A stretch of 64,000 bases of DNA from Camelus dromedarius (GCF_036321535.1 NC_087436.1:16120001-16184000), one strand, 5' to 3'; positions 1-13,996 are shown, counted from the stretch's first letter. Numbers and translations: made by a program. The notes: a model not told the origin generated them from the letters alone.

Positions 1-118
1 TCTAGTCCCTTCCCCAGGGGATTCTGATACAATTGGTCTGGAGTAGGGCTTGGGCATTGGTATTTTAAAGAAGCTCTCAAGGTTATCCTAGCATTGCCAA
101 TGGCAAAAATCGTTGTAT
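1..118. mobile_element. MER5-like hAT-Charlie DNA transposon fragment
   Basis: ccccaggggattctgatacaattggtctggagtagggc..ttttaaagaagctctcaagg resembles the MER5A/B core. Confidence 0.6.
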
Positions 119-864
119 CTAAATAACCAAGGGCTGGCTTTTTCTCCAGTTGGTTGTGAGTAACAAAAAGAGCATTCTTAGAACTTGATGTTTGAAAGGC
201 ATTATAATGCTTTGCTTTATATCTTCAGATTTTCCAGGTATTTTACACTCTGTTCTTGTCCCTAGTTTTCCCATCATCTGGCATACTTTACACACAACTA
301 ATTGCCTAAATACTGTTTTCAGATCCCTATGCAATCATCCATTTCGGTAGTTTTCTACTGGTGGTTAGCTGTGTTCACCATGCTTTTAGGACCCTGCTTC
401 ACTGTGCTGATTTACCGTTCTCCCTAATGTGAAGGCTCAAAGCAGGCTTTTCTTGCTGACCGCCCTTCTCTCTTTCTGTCTCTTTTTCTTGAGGATTCAA
501 GCCTTCCATGAACTCATTTACCATGGTCAGGTTTTATTTTTTGATGTAAGTTCTTTGATTTTTTTCATTTAAAATAATTACTTGTTTACATGTCTCATTG
601 GGATTTTTGAGAATAAAATGTAAGTAGGAAATTTTAAGTACTTTTGTGGGCACTTGGTGATGTTTTTTAATGAACTGAGGAAATGTAAATTGCTATTCAA
701 TTATAATAGTAATCAGTGTTTTGTAATATACCGTTTTATTCTCTGATTCTGTAATGAATGTCTCTTGGTTATATCTAAAACAGTCAAGAATACATAGTTA
801 AGAAGAAAAGATCCCTGAATGAAAAAAGGTGTTTCAGAGTATATACACTCTTAAAGCTTAGGCA

Positions 865-953
865 GTCATGAAAATTAAAAGAGTTAATATATGGAAAGAC
901 ACAGAACAGTGTCTGGCACATTGTAAATGCTCAGTAATTGTTAGCTGTTTATT
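865..953 (+). mobile_element. MIR SINE 3' fragment
   Basis: aaaattaaaagagttaatatatggaaag..agaacagtgtctggcacattgtaaatgctcagtaattgttagc matches the MIR tail. Confidence 0.7.
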
Positions 954-1099
954 GAGTACTAAAAGAAATACAGAAGGATAAACGAGAGACATAAAATTGA
1001 TTACCTGCAGCAGATCAGTGGTAATATGTTGGAAAGAACATGGGATTAGGAACACAGTAGAAGGGGTTAAGGGAGATTTGACATTTCTCTGACTATACA

Positions 1100-2753
1100 T
1101 TTTTGTTTACTTTTGACTCTTAGAACCCTACTAATCTTTCACACATCAAAACAATACATATAATTTAATCAACCATGATGTGGGAGGAACCCCAAACCTA
1201 ACAGTCTTACAAATGAATAACACAACCATACCAATGGGTGTGGGGGAATAAAAAAGAATAAGTTAATTAATTTTGGAAAGTCATACATTGACTTTCTCCA
1301 GTAAGGCTAAACACAAAAGGAATTGTACACAAATATTTTACTCTAGGTAGGAAATTTGTTTTTAGCAATACTGAAACTCCTATATGTATACTAGGATTGA
1401 ACAAATAAGTAAGTATGTTTTGGATAGTGAGAGAAGAATCTCTTACTGTTAGAGAAAGGAGTTACAAGTAGGGAAAGGGAAAAATCTAGAATGAATCTTG
1501 TGCTAATGGATTGAATCAGAGTATCAATATAAACTTGCTACACATAGGCATACACAAACACAGATGAATAGAAGCAGAAATAAATATGCAGGTGTGGGTA
1601 TGCCCAAGTTAGCACACATTCCTGTGTCTTCTAGCTATCTCTACTTAGAGAACACAGCACTTGTGAACCAATGATAAAGAGAAAACCTAATTCCCAGCTC
1701 TTAGTTTCTAAATGCCATTTACTAATTAAAAGAAAGCCAAAACTGGTCTCCTTGGAGAAATGGTTGATTTCAGAGCTGGCAAAGGGAGTTATAGGATGAT
1801 CTTTGAATGTTATGTAGTGCCACATGGTAAGGAAGTGCTCAAAAATGGGTAAGAACATGTTGAAAGGACGCAAAAGCCCAACTTGAAGAAACCTCAGTTA
1901 GCCAAATCTGTGACAGTTTGAGCAACAATATAATATGGAATAGAATATTTGTGAGTTCATATTGAAGTAATTGAATAAATTAAAAAATGAGAGAGAAGAG
2001 ACAGCTCTTCCTTAAAGTAAAATGCCAGTTGTTAAATATAAAAATAAATAAATGTAGAAAAATCACCTTTTGGTAAACACCACAGTATTGTTGCAGCAAG
2101 AATCAACAATAAATAAAATTTAGATCAAGGAATACTGAGAAAGGGGACAATTGCATAGTTTCAAAGTATCTTTCTACAAGATACTTATTAATTACAAGGG
2201 GGAAACAGTAACTATTATGGAGAAAACTGACATACTGTATTAACCAAATGATCAAAGTTAACGTCACTGATAATAAAACATACTGACATCATATACCACC
2301 TGATATGATGCACTGGGAAGAGCATAGCAGCACTCCCATAATATTCTTGACCTCAGTGCACAACCTTCATCTAATTAAGAGAAAACATCAGACAGACTCA
2401 AATCGAGGGGACATTCCATAAAATAAATGGCCAGTACTGTTTAAAAGTATAAAGGTTGTAAAACAAGGAAAGACTAAGAAATTGTTCTAGACTTGTGGAG
2501 TCTAAGGAGACATACCAACTAATGCAATTTGGAATTATATCGTGGACAAAAAGAAGGGAAATTGATGGACAATCAGCAAAAAATCAGAATTTGTAGATTA
2601 TTTCATTGTATCAGTGTTAATTTTTTCATTTAGATATAGTGTGGTTTTATAAGATAGTAACATTGGAAGAAGATAAATGAAGAGTATACAGGAACTCTAA
2701 TGATTTCATAAAATTTATTATAAATCTAAACTTTTAAAATAAAAATATAAAAA
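1100..2753 (+). mobile_element. Old L1 (L1MC/L1MD-type) 3' UTR
   Basis: Motifs ggtctccttggagaaatggttgatttcag, gtaaggaagtgctcaaaa and aaatcgaggggacattcc. Ends in AATAAA and an A-rich tail near 2740. Confidence 0.7.
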
Positions 2754-3933
2754 TTGTTAGCTATTATTATTACTTATACATGGGACTTTCAGCCTAAGGA
2801 CTTACTCAGAGACCTCATTTACTCCCATTTTGGGCAGTTCTTACAAGCAGTTCTGCCAGGTCATAGTAAAATAGAAGCACTATATTTGGTAAAGACTGCT
2901 GGATGTGCAGCCAGAGTTGAGAATCACTGTGACTACTATGGCTAGCCCTGTGCATACCAGTGGAATATTAACCCAGTTTACAGCCTTTTCATAGGCTGCT
3001 TTAGCCACCCTTTCAGCCTTGTTTCTCTCCATTATTCCCTTCAACACTTTCCCTCCAATACACACCCACTTACATACTCTCACTTTTGCTTCGTGTTCTT
3101 CTCAGTGCTTGTCCATCTTGTCTCGAAGCCTGTGTACATTCCGTTTCCTTCTCTAGCTTACATGCCCTGCCATGTCTTTATAACAGCCTCTACTTGCCAT
3201 GTTACAGCCCTAGTGACAGAGTATAGTAATTGCTTTTGAAATCGCCCTGGATTCCTAACCTATAAATGCCATTCGGAAAATTATTGTATTTATTTTTGTT
3301 CATTAAGGTGTGCTGGGAGTATTAACTGGAGTATTTTTTAAATAAATGTCTTTTTAATGATTGAAAGAAGAAAGTATAGGTTTCAAAGTTTAAACATGTG
3401 ATAAAAATAGAAAGTAGCTGGAAAATTAAGTTTGAAGTTTGGAATGTAATTGTCTTAACATTGATGCTTTTTCATGGGACTTCAGTCACATGCCTAATTA
3501 AAAACAAAACAAACCAAAAAACAGCAGTGAATTGCTGTATGCACACTGCCTGTAGATTGTGCCCCGGCCTGTGTTCAGTATGATTTGGTAATACCAAATC
3601 ATTCCCAGACTCAAGACTCACTGGAGATCTTTGATACCACTCTCTCTCCTCCAGACCTAACAAAGAATTTGTGTTGTTTAAAGTCAGCCTAGGGAATAGT
3701 TTATGTGAGTTTTCTTTCGAAGTTTGCAAAGGAAGCTGTACAGCTATTGGCACATACTGAGGGTTGGACTTTGCTCATAGACCTCCAGGGCCCACAGGTA
3801 CCAGTGCTTAGTGAGGTGCCTTTTGCATGTGCTCCTGTGCTCAGAGAGAGTCTGTTGTTTTTGTCACCATCAGGACCTTGCACTGTGTGCCTAATTGCAC
3901 AGAAACAGTAAGAGCCATGCTGACCGTAGAGCC

Positions 3934-4414
3934 TGGGTTAGTTTCTCGTTGCTCCTATTATAAATCACCACAAGTAGAGTGGCTTGAAGAGCAGTTGTTT
4001 TGGAGGCCCAGAAGTCTGAAACGTGTCAGCAGGGCTGTGCTCCTTCGGGATACTTTGGAGAGTAATACATTTTCTTAACTTTTGTGAGCTTCTAAAGGAT
4101 GCTTGCATTCCTTGATTCGTGGCCCCTTCTATCTTCAAAACCAGCAGCACAGCATCTTCAAATTTCTGACTCAGCTTCTGTTCTTAGACTCCTTTTTTTC
4201 CTGTTATTATCCTCATATTGCCACTCTGACCCTCCTTGCCTCTCTCTTATATAGGACCTTGTGATTACGTTAGCCCACCTGGATAATCTCTCCATCTCTC
4301 TGCCTTAATCACATCTACAAAAGCCCTTCCTTTTGCCGTGTAAAGCAATATATTCACAATTCCTGGGATTAGTATGTGGACATCTTTGTGGGGGCCCTTA
4401 TTCAGCCAATTGTA
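3934..4414 (-). mobile_element. MLT1 (MaLR) solo LTR
   Basis: ttagtttctcgttgctc..ggaggcccagaagtctgaa..ccttgtgattacgttagcccacctggataatc..gggattagtatgtggacatctttg. Flanks gagcc/gtgcc form a 4/5 TSD. Confidence 0.8.
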
Positions 4415-4454
4415 GTGCCTGTTCTTTTAATTCTTTCTTTAAGATGGTATTTAA

Positions 4455-4690
4455 TAGTGTATAGCTAGTGATTAAGTTAAAGTAGACCTGGGTTTGCATC
4501 TCTTTACTTACTAGATATCAATACTGGCAGAGTACTTGGTTATTAGTTATTTTTCAATACTATTTCGCCTCTCTGACCTTCATTTTCCTTATATGTTTTC
4601 AAAATAGGGATATTTCACAGGATTAAAAATCAATGTAAAATATGAAATACTTTGCATAGTCCTGGGCACAACAAAGGTAATTATTAATAT
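4455..4690 (+). mobile_element. MIR SINE (degenerate)
   Basis: agacctgggtttgcatc..cctctctgaccttcattttccttat..catagtcctgggcaca. Confidence 0.55.
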
Positions 4691-4814
4691 AAAAATAGAA
4701 TAAAAATGACTAAGGTTTGCTTACTTTTATGCAGGTGTGAAGGGAATATAATAAATTCCAAATATACTATTTTTTATGTTTTTACATATGTGTGTGTGTA
4801 TATATATGTATCTT

Positions 4815-7800
4815 TCAATTCATCACCACAATCAAAAGATTCCCTCCTACACTTTTGTGATCCCTCTCTTTCACCTACCCTGCCCCCAGGCAGTCACGGA
4901 TCTGCTATCACTATAGACTAGTTTACATTTTCTAGAACTGCATGTAAATTTATCTGGTTTGTACTCCTTTTTTTCCTGGCTTCTTTCACTCAGCATAATT
5001 ATTTTGAGATTCATCTGTGCTGGTGTATGTATTCATAGTTCTTTCCTTTTTATTCTCTTATAGTATTCCATTATATGGCTATATCACAATTTTTTTTTTA
5101 CCCATTTGAGTTGTTGGACAATTGATTGTTTCCACTTTTTGGGTCTTACAAATAGAGATGCTATGAACATTCATCTTGAAGTCTTTGTACAGATACATGC
5201 TTTCTTTTCTCTTGGGTGAATACCTAGTAGTGAAATGACTGGATCTTAGGGTAGGTTTATTTAAAGGTACCTTTTTGAGAAATTGCCAGACTGTTTTCCA
5301 AGGTGCCATTTTGCACTGTATTAGAGTTCCAGTTCCTCCACATCCTTATCAACACTGTTTATTTTTCTTTTTAGGCAATCAAGTAGAAGTGTAGTGTTAT
5401 TTCATTGTGGTTTTAATTTGCATTTCCCTAATAACTAATGAGGTGGAGAATATTTTCATGTGCTTACTGACCATATTTCATGTGGATATATGTATCTTTT
5501 TTGGTGAAATGTTGATTCATACCTTTTGCCCATTTAAAAATTAGTTTACCTGTCTTTTTATCATTGAACTATGTATTCTTTACATGTTCAGGTTACAAAT
5601 CCATCCAGTATCCACTTTGCAAATATTTTCTTCTAGTCTGTGACTTGTCTTCTCATTTTCTTAAAAGTTTCTTTTGAAGAATTTTAAACTTTAGTGAAAC
5701 TAGTTTATGATTCTTTTTTATTATTTTTTTGTGTATTTATCATGCATTTGGTATCATATCTAAAAAAATCTTTCCCTACCCAGGATCATAAAGATTTTTT
5801 TTCTCCTTTTTTTCTTCTAGAAATTTTACAGCTTTATATGTTACACTTACATCCAAGATCCATTTTGATGTAACCTTGTATGTGGTACAAGTCATGTATT
5901 GAAGGTCATATTTTCCATGTGAATATCCATTTGTTCTGGCATCATTTATTAAAAAGACAGTCCCTAATCCATTGAATAGTCTTTGTGCCTTTGTCTAAAA
6001 TCTGTTATCCATATACACATGGGTTTATTTCAGGACTGTTTCTTCTGTTCTCTTCATCTCTTGGTATCCTTCTGCAGGGACCACATGGTCTTGATCATGA
6101 CTTTATAAGTCTTGAAGTCAGGTTGTATAGTCTTTCGTCTTTATTCTTTTTCAGAGTTGTTTGGATAGTCTAGGTTTCAGAATTTCCAATTGTTTTTAGA
6201 ATCAGCTTGTCAGTTTCCATCCTGCTGGGACTTTGATTGGATTTTGTTGATGAATTTGGAGGGAATTTATATCGTAATTACATTGAGTCTACCAGCCCTT
6301 GAAAAATGAAGGTCTCCACATTTATAGTCTTGTTTAATTTCTCCGAGGAATGTTTTGTAGCTATCAGTGCACACGTATTGCCCATCTTTTCAGATTTATA
6401 CCTATGTATTTCATATTTTTGATACTATTGAAAACATCATTTTTTACTTCAATTTCTGATGTTCATTGCTTGCATGTAGAAATACAGTAGCTTTTTTTTT
6501 TTTTTGTATATTGATCTTGTAACCTGCAATCTTGCTTTTTTTAGTGTCTTACCTGATTTTATACAGTTATGTTGTCAGCAAAAAAAGAGTTTATTTCTTC
6601 CTTTCTAATTTGGATGTTTGGGGGTTTTTGTTTTTTTCCCTTGCCAGATTATCTAGCGTAATGTTGAATAGAAATGATGAGTAAGTACATAAATCCTTGT
6701 CTTTATCCTGATTTTAGGGGGAGAGGGAGACATTCAGTCCTTTATCATTAAATATGATGTTCCTGTAGATTTTTTATGGATGTCTTTTATCAGATTGAAG
6801 AAGTTGTCATCTATTCCTAGTTTGCTGAGAGTATCAGGAATGATAGATTTTGTCAAATGCTTTTTCTGTGTCTATTGAGATGATTGTATGCTTTTCCCTT
6901 ATTAGTTTGCTAATTTGGTGGTTAATTTAATATAAAAGAATGACTTTGTACATTAAATCAATCTTGCATTCCAAGAATGAACTCATCTTAGTCAAGAGGT
7001 ATTCTTTTTATATATCATTGAATTTGACTTGGTAAAATTTTGTTCAGAATTTTTACATTTACATTCACAAGGAATATTGGTCTATGGTTTTCTTGTAACG
7101 CCTTTGCCAAGTTTTGCTATCAGGATAATACTAGCCTCATAAAATGAGTGGGAAGTGATTTCTCCACATCAGAATCTGAATAGTTAATGTAAAGTGGATA
7201 TTTACTTTGTAATTGTTTTGTGGAATTTGCCAGTAAAGCCAGATAGTCCCGGAGTTTTGTTGGGTGAATTATTAAACTACAAGTTTGATTTCTTTAATAC
7301 TTTAGAGCTCTTTGATTTTATCATCAAAGTTGGCCAATTTAGTGGCATTAAGTTATTCATAATTTTCCCTTATTATTCTTTTAATGTTTGCAGAATATGT
7401 GGTGATGTTGCCTCTTATTTCTGATATTGGTAATTTGTGTCTTCTCTCTTGTTTTGCTTCATGAATTTTTCTTTATTTTTCTGTTTTCTATTTCTTTTAT
7501 TTTCATTGTGATTTTTATTATTTCCATCTTTCTGCTTTGGGTTTAATTTGCTATTGCTTAACTTAAAGGGCATTGATTTTTATATTTTTCTTATAATATA
7601 GGCTTTTAATCCTATAAATTTAGCTGTGACATACAGTTTTAGTAGCATGACACACGTTTTGATGGGTTGTATTTTCATTTTCTTTATGTTCAGAATCTTT
7701 CCTAATTCCGTTTTGATTTTTCCTTTGACCCAGGGATAGTTATAAAGATGTTTAGTTTGCTTATATTTCTGATGTTCCAGAGATCTTTCAGTTAATGATT

Positions 7801-8080
7801 TCTAATTTAACTGCATTCAGAAAACTTGCTTTGTATGATGTGAATCCTTCTTAAAATGTTGAAATTTGCTTTATGGCCCAGAAATGGTGGCCTTATCTTT
7901 GCGAATGTTTCAAGTACACTTGGAAAGAATGTGTATTCTGCTGTCATTGGGTATAGTGTTCTATAAATGTCAATTAGGTCAAGTTGGTTGATAGTGTTGT
8001 TCACATCTTATATAACCTTACTGATTTTCTGTCTGCTTGTCCTATCAATTATTGAGAGAGGGATATTGAACCCTCCCATT
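4815..8080 (-). mobile_element. Old L1 (L1MB-like), 3' UTR plus decayed ORF2
   Basis: Minus-strand peptides WKTVWQFLKK (5079-5309) and NNTINQLDLIDIYRTLYP..EYTFF (7807-8004, endonuclease). Many stops and internal deletions. Confidence 0.88.
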
Positions 8081-8510
8081 TTAGTTTTTTCCCTGGCCTC
8101 GGGTAGTTTCCTCACATGCTTGCAGTGATTGGTGCTCTACAGAACACTTGAAGGCAACCTCCTTCCCATGTCTGGTGTCCTTTCTCTTTTCAGCTCTCTC
8201 GTCTTCAGTACTGGTCCTGTTAACTCTCTCCACTTTCTCTCAGATACTTAGATCTGTCCCTTCAACTCAGGGAGTGTGCTGGACTTCATTAGATTCCCCC
8301 TCCCTGTGTTTTGGGCTAGAAAGTCTTCAAACAGTGAGCTAGAAATTGTAGGGCTCAGCCTGTTTGCTTCCCATCTCTTAGAAATCTCAGTCTTTTGTTG
8401 TTTGATGTCTAGTGTCTTGAAAACTGGTGTTTCATTTATTTTATTTTGTGTTTTCGATTGTTTTTTAGGGTGCAGTTACACCATCTTAGCCAGACTGGAA
8501 GTTCTCCCCT
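8081..8510 (-). mobile_element. Probable old L1 5' region abutting the ORF2 fragment
   Basis: ccctggcctcgggtagtttcctcacatgc..agaacacttgaagg resembles old L1M 5' sequence. Confidence 0.45.
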
Positions 8511-8909
8511 CATTTACTTTATTTTAGCAAAAATTGTTCATTGCTTTGTATGTGACACTGATGTGATAGAAATTTGGAGCTGAATAAGTCATAATATTAT
8601 CAAGGAATTCAGAAACAAACAGGAAAACAGATACATATAAATAACCATAACATCATATAATAAATACTATTCAAATTCTAGTGTTAATGAACTAAATGAT
8701 GTGCCAACACTAAGGAGTAATCGATTCTACATTTATAGGGGAAACAATGCCATTAAAGCTGAATTTTGTTACTGTGTAAATTTTACCATGTGGAAAAGGG
8801 GCACTTTGTTATATGCTGCTTCTTGTGTGATCATTCTCCCTACCAATTAGATTTCTTCTTTATTGCCTGCATAGAAGTATGAGAAAACCATGGAACATCT
8901 ATTTCAGAA

Positions 8910-9970
8910 TGTTATAGAACTTTTATACATTGCTGATGGGAATGCAAACTAGAATGCAAATGATATTACCATTTTGGATAACTATTTAGCAGCTTGTTAT
9001 AAATAAGTTATCGTGTAACCCCCAAATTCTACTCTTAGATATTTACTCAAGTAAAATGGAAATGTAGTTCACAGAATAAAAGACTATTCTGGATGTTTGT
9101 AACATAATAATACCTGTGCTGTATCTCTACAGTGGACATTATTTAGCAATAAAAAAGAACAGGTTACTGATACATGCAACAACATGGATGAATCTTAAGT
9201 GCATTGTAGTGAAAGATGACAGCCTCAAAAGTCTGTGTATTGCATGAGTCCATTTGTATGACATTTTGGAATAGGCAAACTATGGGGGCAAGTATCAGAC
9301 CTGTGATTTGTTGAGGTTGACTTCAAAGGGGTGCAGAACATTTTTTGTGTCTGCTTGTGTGTGTAATGAAACTGTTATTGATTGTGTTTGTGGTTACAAA
9401 CTCTGTAGAAAAGAGTTAACATAGCAGACTCATATCCTTAGAAATAGCTAATTATAAGATTGACCCTTGGATGGCTATGGGAACTTGAATGGTAGATGGT
9501 TCCTTACATAAATACAAAGCTTTCTGTGAATGATAAAAGTAGCTCACTTTGCCTAGACTGTACAAACAGTGTAATTTTGCTAAACATTGGTTTTCATTCT
9601 AAGTGTCTGGAATTAGGGCAGATGCTAGGTTGAGGATACCTTAGTGACCAGCCCCAAATAAAAGCCTTGGGAGCTGAGTCTCTAATAAGCTTCTGTAAAC
9701 AAATATTTCATACATGTTCTCACAACTCACTGCTAAGGGAATTAAAAACATCCTGTGTGACTCCACAGGGAGAGGACTATTGGAAACTGTGGTTTCCTCC
9801 AGACTCCGTTCCATGTGCCTTTTCCCTTTGTTGATTTCACTTTGCATCCTTTTGCTGTAAGAAATCGTAGCCATGAGGTTGACTGTGAGTCCTCCTAGTG
9901 GATCATTGACTCTGAAGATAGTCTTAGAGATCCTGAGACAACAGCTGTATGCCTTTGTCAAAACTCATGA
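8910..9970 (+). mobile_element. Old L1 (L1ME/MC) 3' fragment split by an LTR
   Basis: tacattgctgatgggaatgcaaa..gcaacaacatggatgaatctta..ggttac (9401), resuming as gctgtatgcctttgtcaaaactca (9944). Confidence 0.7.
9402..9940 (+). mobile_element. MER68/MER21-family ERVL solo LTR
   Basis: Starts tctgtagaaaagagttaacatagcag. Internal gtgaccagccccaaataaaagccttggg and tgtgtgactccacagggagagga. Ends gagaca. Confidence 0.75.
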
Positions 9971-10619
9971 AATTATCTATGAGTTACGGCTCAAAAAAGC
10001 CCTTATATCATGTTTCAATTGTGTTTAAAATAAGACGATCCAGAAGTTGTTAGACTTCTTAAAGTTGTACTCTATTCCTGACCATAGGAAAAATAACTCA
10101 TGAAGTAATTTTGGCCTAGAATCATCATGGGCTTGGCCTATACAGCTCTGGATGTAAAAATCACCCCTTTTATTTAGAAAAATTTTTTAATTTAAGCCTC
10201 AGTTTTCTCACCTCTTAAATGGCAATGTTATTTCCTATCTAGAATGTGAAATGTTATAGAAAAGTGTGAAGAGATAAAGGTTAAGAAGGATTAGGTGTAC
10301 GCCAAGAAAGCAAATCCTGTGGCTTGGTTACATGAATCTAGATTGCAAGTGATTAGATGGTGTTGAAATGGAGGAGAAAAAAAAGTGAAATGTTAGTGGC
10401 AAACTATTATGTTTTAGGCTATGCACGCATTAAATGATTCAATCGTGTATGTCATAGTCCATTTTATATAAGCCATTGTTAGGCATTTGTTGAAAAGAGA
10501 AGGAACTCCGGGGTCTATTCTGAAGTCAGAACAACTTTCCCTTGTTTGTAACAGCTCTATCTGTAGCCCACTTTAATCATTGGTTATGATTATAACCTAG
10601 ATTTGTTGGAAAACTCTTG

Positions 10620-11592
10620 GTTACAGAAGTGCAAGTAACCTGCAAGTTGTTTCCTTGCCCGCAGTCTCTCCTAACTCTATTGTAGCCTCAGGGTACCATT
10701 ATTAAATTCGGAAACTTAAGATATGACCTTCAAGGCTTCTTAGTGCCAGTCCTTAAATCTGCCTTGCCGTTCATCTTTTCCATATGTCTTTAGCCACACC
10801 AGGCAACTTGCATTTCAGACACATTTTTCTTTGTCTTTTCTCGTGTTCTTTTCTGTGTCTTCAGTGCTTTTCCAATTTTATTTGCTTAGTGAGTTTCTAT
10901 TTATCTTTCAGACCCCATCTGGAGCATGTCTGCCTCTATGTGCTTTACCAGCCTTTGTCTCTTCTTTTTCTCAGAAGCATTACCTGGTAGATTATTTCCT
11001 TGCTCATGTGTGTTACCATAGCACTTGATAAATGTATGTATCAAAGCACCTCCCAAGTGATATTCAAAACTGGCCCTGTGCACAGAGGGCAAGGAGAAAC
11101 CAAAGGAAGAGGTTGATCACTCCAGATTGGTAGGTAGCAGTTTAATTAAGCAAGGGAACTTACATGTGAGGCTTGGCTTGGGCAGCCATTGGATGAGTAG
11201 ATCTCTGCATCGATCCTGAGAATCCTGCGAGTTTATATGGAGTCCTTGATGTTTTTTAAATAGGCCGGATGGTTGCAATAATATAATACACTCTCAAGGC
11301 TGTGTCCTCGAAGTGGCTCCTGTGTGGGAACAGTGGGCAGAACTTACATTCCAAGGACATGGAGGGAGTGAGGAGCCTCTCAGTTTGGGGTCATCCAGCA
11401 GCCACATCCTCTTGATGACCTCCTCCCACAGCACTAGTACACATTGGATATTTGTATATTCCCATACGCATTTTCTGTTCTTACCGCTATGCTAGAGAAT
11501 AGAAGTCCATGACATCTTCATTTTAGTGTTCTCAATCCCTGGACCAGTACTTGGCAAATACTAGGCATTCAGTGTTTGATACTGAGTGAAGG
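10620..11592 (+). mobile_element. L2 3' fragments split by an LTR
   Basis: Pyrimidine-rich L2-like body and tail cagtacttggcaaatactaggcattcagtgtttgatactgagtgaa. Confidence 0.5.
11077..11430 (-). mobile_element. ERV solo LTR, family not assigned
   Basis: TG..CA termini, GC-richer than flanks. Minus-strand TATAAA (11232-11237) followed by ATTAAA (11141-11146). Interrupts an L2. Confidence 0.65.
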
Positions 11593-12340
11593 AAAGAGCA
11601 CTGACATGAGAATGTATGGATGTTTCTTCTTACACATTAACTTTTTTCTCTTACTTTTTTTAACAGGAGAGGGTTGGGTGGAACTATCCGAAGTTGAATG
11701 GGAAACACAGGAGTATACTATATATTCAAGGATGAAATGTATTATGCTCAGAATAGTTCTTGTATTTTTACATCATATTTGCCATCCTTATAAATTTTTG
11801 TAGGCAGTAATGGAGATGATACTGCTTGGCCTACCTTCCCTCACCAACTTGACATGCCTTTGCCATTTTATTGTACCTTGGTCTCATCTAGAATCCTTTG
11901 CCTTCATACACATATAGCGCCTCCAGAGTTTTCTCTAGAAATTCAAAATCTACGTCCTGGATTCCTTTCTTTTCTAAAATGACCAATTTCTTCCAGATAG
12001 TCAACATTTCTATTAACTGAGTGTGATTTATTTTAGTTAGATTCTATTTTGTTAAATAAATTGTATCAAAGTACAAATATGAGCAATTCAGTAATTTTAA
12101 CTATCAAGATGTATTTGCATTTTTAACAGTATTTTTAATCTAATTAAATTGCTGATTTGTAAAGTTTGTTGGAGCTTTCCTCTAATCCACCTCCCTTCAT
12201 GCTTTGGAGATTTTGGAGTTAAATATAGATAATCACCTTTGTTATGAAACAGTATTCTCATTTTCTTATCTTGCATTGCTGCTTTTTGCCTACCCCTTTC
12301 AAATCTCTTTCACCTTGGCAAACAGATCTATACCATACTG

Positions 12341-12510
12341 CAGTAGTTCTTAACCTTGCCTACATTTTCAAATTTGGAAAGCTTTAAAAAAAAAAAAAAA
12401 GAATCCTTTTGCTTGTATTGAACTCCCAGAGATTAAATTGGTCTGAGGCTTGGCTGTTTATCTGGATTTTTTAAGCTCCCTGGATGATTCTTTTATCCTA
12501 ACAAGTTTGA
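12341..12510. mobile_element. MER5-like hAT-Charlie element
   Basis: cagtagttcttaaccttg..cccagagattaaattggtctg..ttttttaagctccctggatgattct. Confidence 0.65.
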
Positions 12511-13909
12511 AGTTTGGGAGGGGTCAGGTTGCTACAGCCTCTAATACAGAGGTGATACACAGTGTTTCCATGTAAACTCCCTTCTCATACTGACATTTTT
12601 GCAAAATGGCATTTTGCACTGATTGAATGGATGTTGTCATGTATTCACTGTCTCATCCTCTGTAGTAGTGATATTACAGTATCAATACAAAGTCTAAGCC
12701 TTTTATAAAGCTTTATTTTATAATCTTTTACCTTATAATAATTTATGATCTTTCATGTATTGTATTATATTTGCAATAACATAAGCCTCTGTGGAAAGAA
12801 AAAATTATTAGAATTTAAAATAGATTTTCCTTTCCACTTGATTATCTCTTTCAGGCTTTGAAGTGTGTTTTACATACTTGGCGTTTTAGTTAACAGATAC
12901 CTTAAATGCAGTATCCAGAAACCCCAGAAATTCTGTAAGATATTATTTGGAAATGAAAGGGAAGAACTATACTTTTTGATGTAGTTTAATGAGTTTAAAA
13001 ACTTTTAAACTAATAGAAGTTTTTCTGAGATGTAATCTCAGGATTTGAAATCCATTATGATGCATTATAATAGGATACTTCTAATGTGATCGTTCTGTAA
13101 AATTATTTTATAAAATATTTTATGAATTTAAAATTTCCTTTTAAAATTTCTTTCTGCTTTCTTATTACATAGTCAGATCACTTACTATTTATTAAATATC
13201 AAGTTCAGTATATATATGGAATTCTCACTTGAAAATTTTAATTTTCTGATAGATTTTATGTTTTCAGTCTTTGGGATATTTACCTGTCATGTGATAAGTA
13301 TTATGATAATGTGGTAAGAGCTAATTGAGAAAGCATGTTTATGTAATAATGAAATAAGGACTTCAGTAGATTTCTCCCTTGTAGGATTGTCATTGTAATA
13401 GGAATGTGTTAAATACCCATTTAAAAGAACAATCTAGAGATAGAAAGGATTTATGTGTTTCATATACCTTTTTAAGAAAGTATTGCTCTTCCAGAATAAG
13501 GTCAGGATAGGTCTCTGATCAGTATCAGAAGAAGAGGGGAATCTATTTTCAAACTTTTTTAGAATTCAATTGTTTTTGAGCGCACACTATCTGTGGAGTA
13601 TCGATCGTTGGGGTCCCGTAGTTAGTCAGAGGCTATCTCCTTTGACTCACCCCTTAGTGTGGTGTCATCCTCCTTCAGGTGATAGATTGTTACAATCTCA
13701 GGCAGTGTAATTACACACTAGCCAAGTGGGTCATTTATTTCTTTACCTTCACCATTTACCAAAAATCTCCTTTATCTTTGGGAGCCAGATCTTTCTTTTG
13801 CAGTAAAAGCAAAATAATGGCACATAAAACATTAGATGTAAGAACTGAGCATCATAAAATTATTAAGGGAATAACTTTAAAAAGGCAAACTGTTACATCT
13901 TGTATTATT

Positions 13910-13996
13910 AATTCTGTGACAAATGTATGTAAAGCACTTAGAATAGTGTTTGGCATGTAGTAAACATACATGTGTTAATTGTTACTACTATCATTA
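13910..13996 (+). mobile_element. MIR 3' fragment
   Basis: aatgtatgtaaagcacttagaatagtgtttggcatgtagtaaac. Confidence 0.7.
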
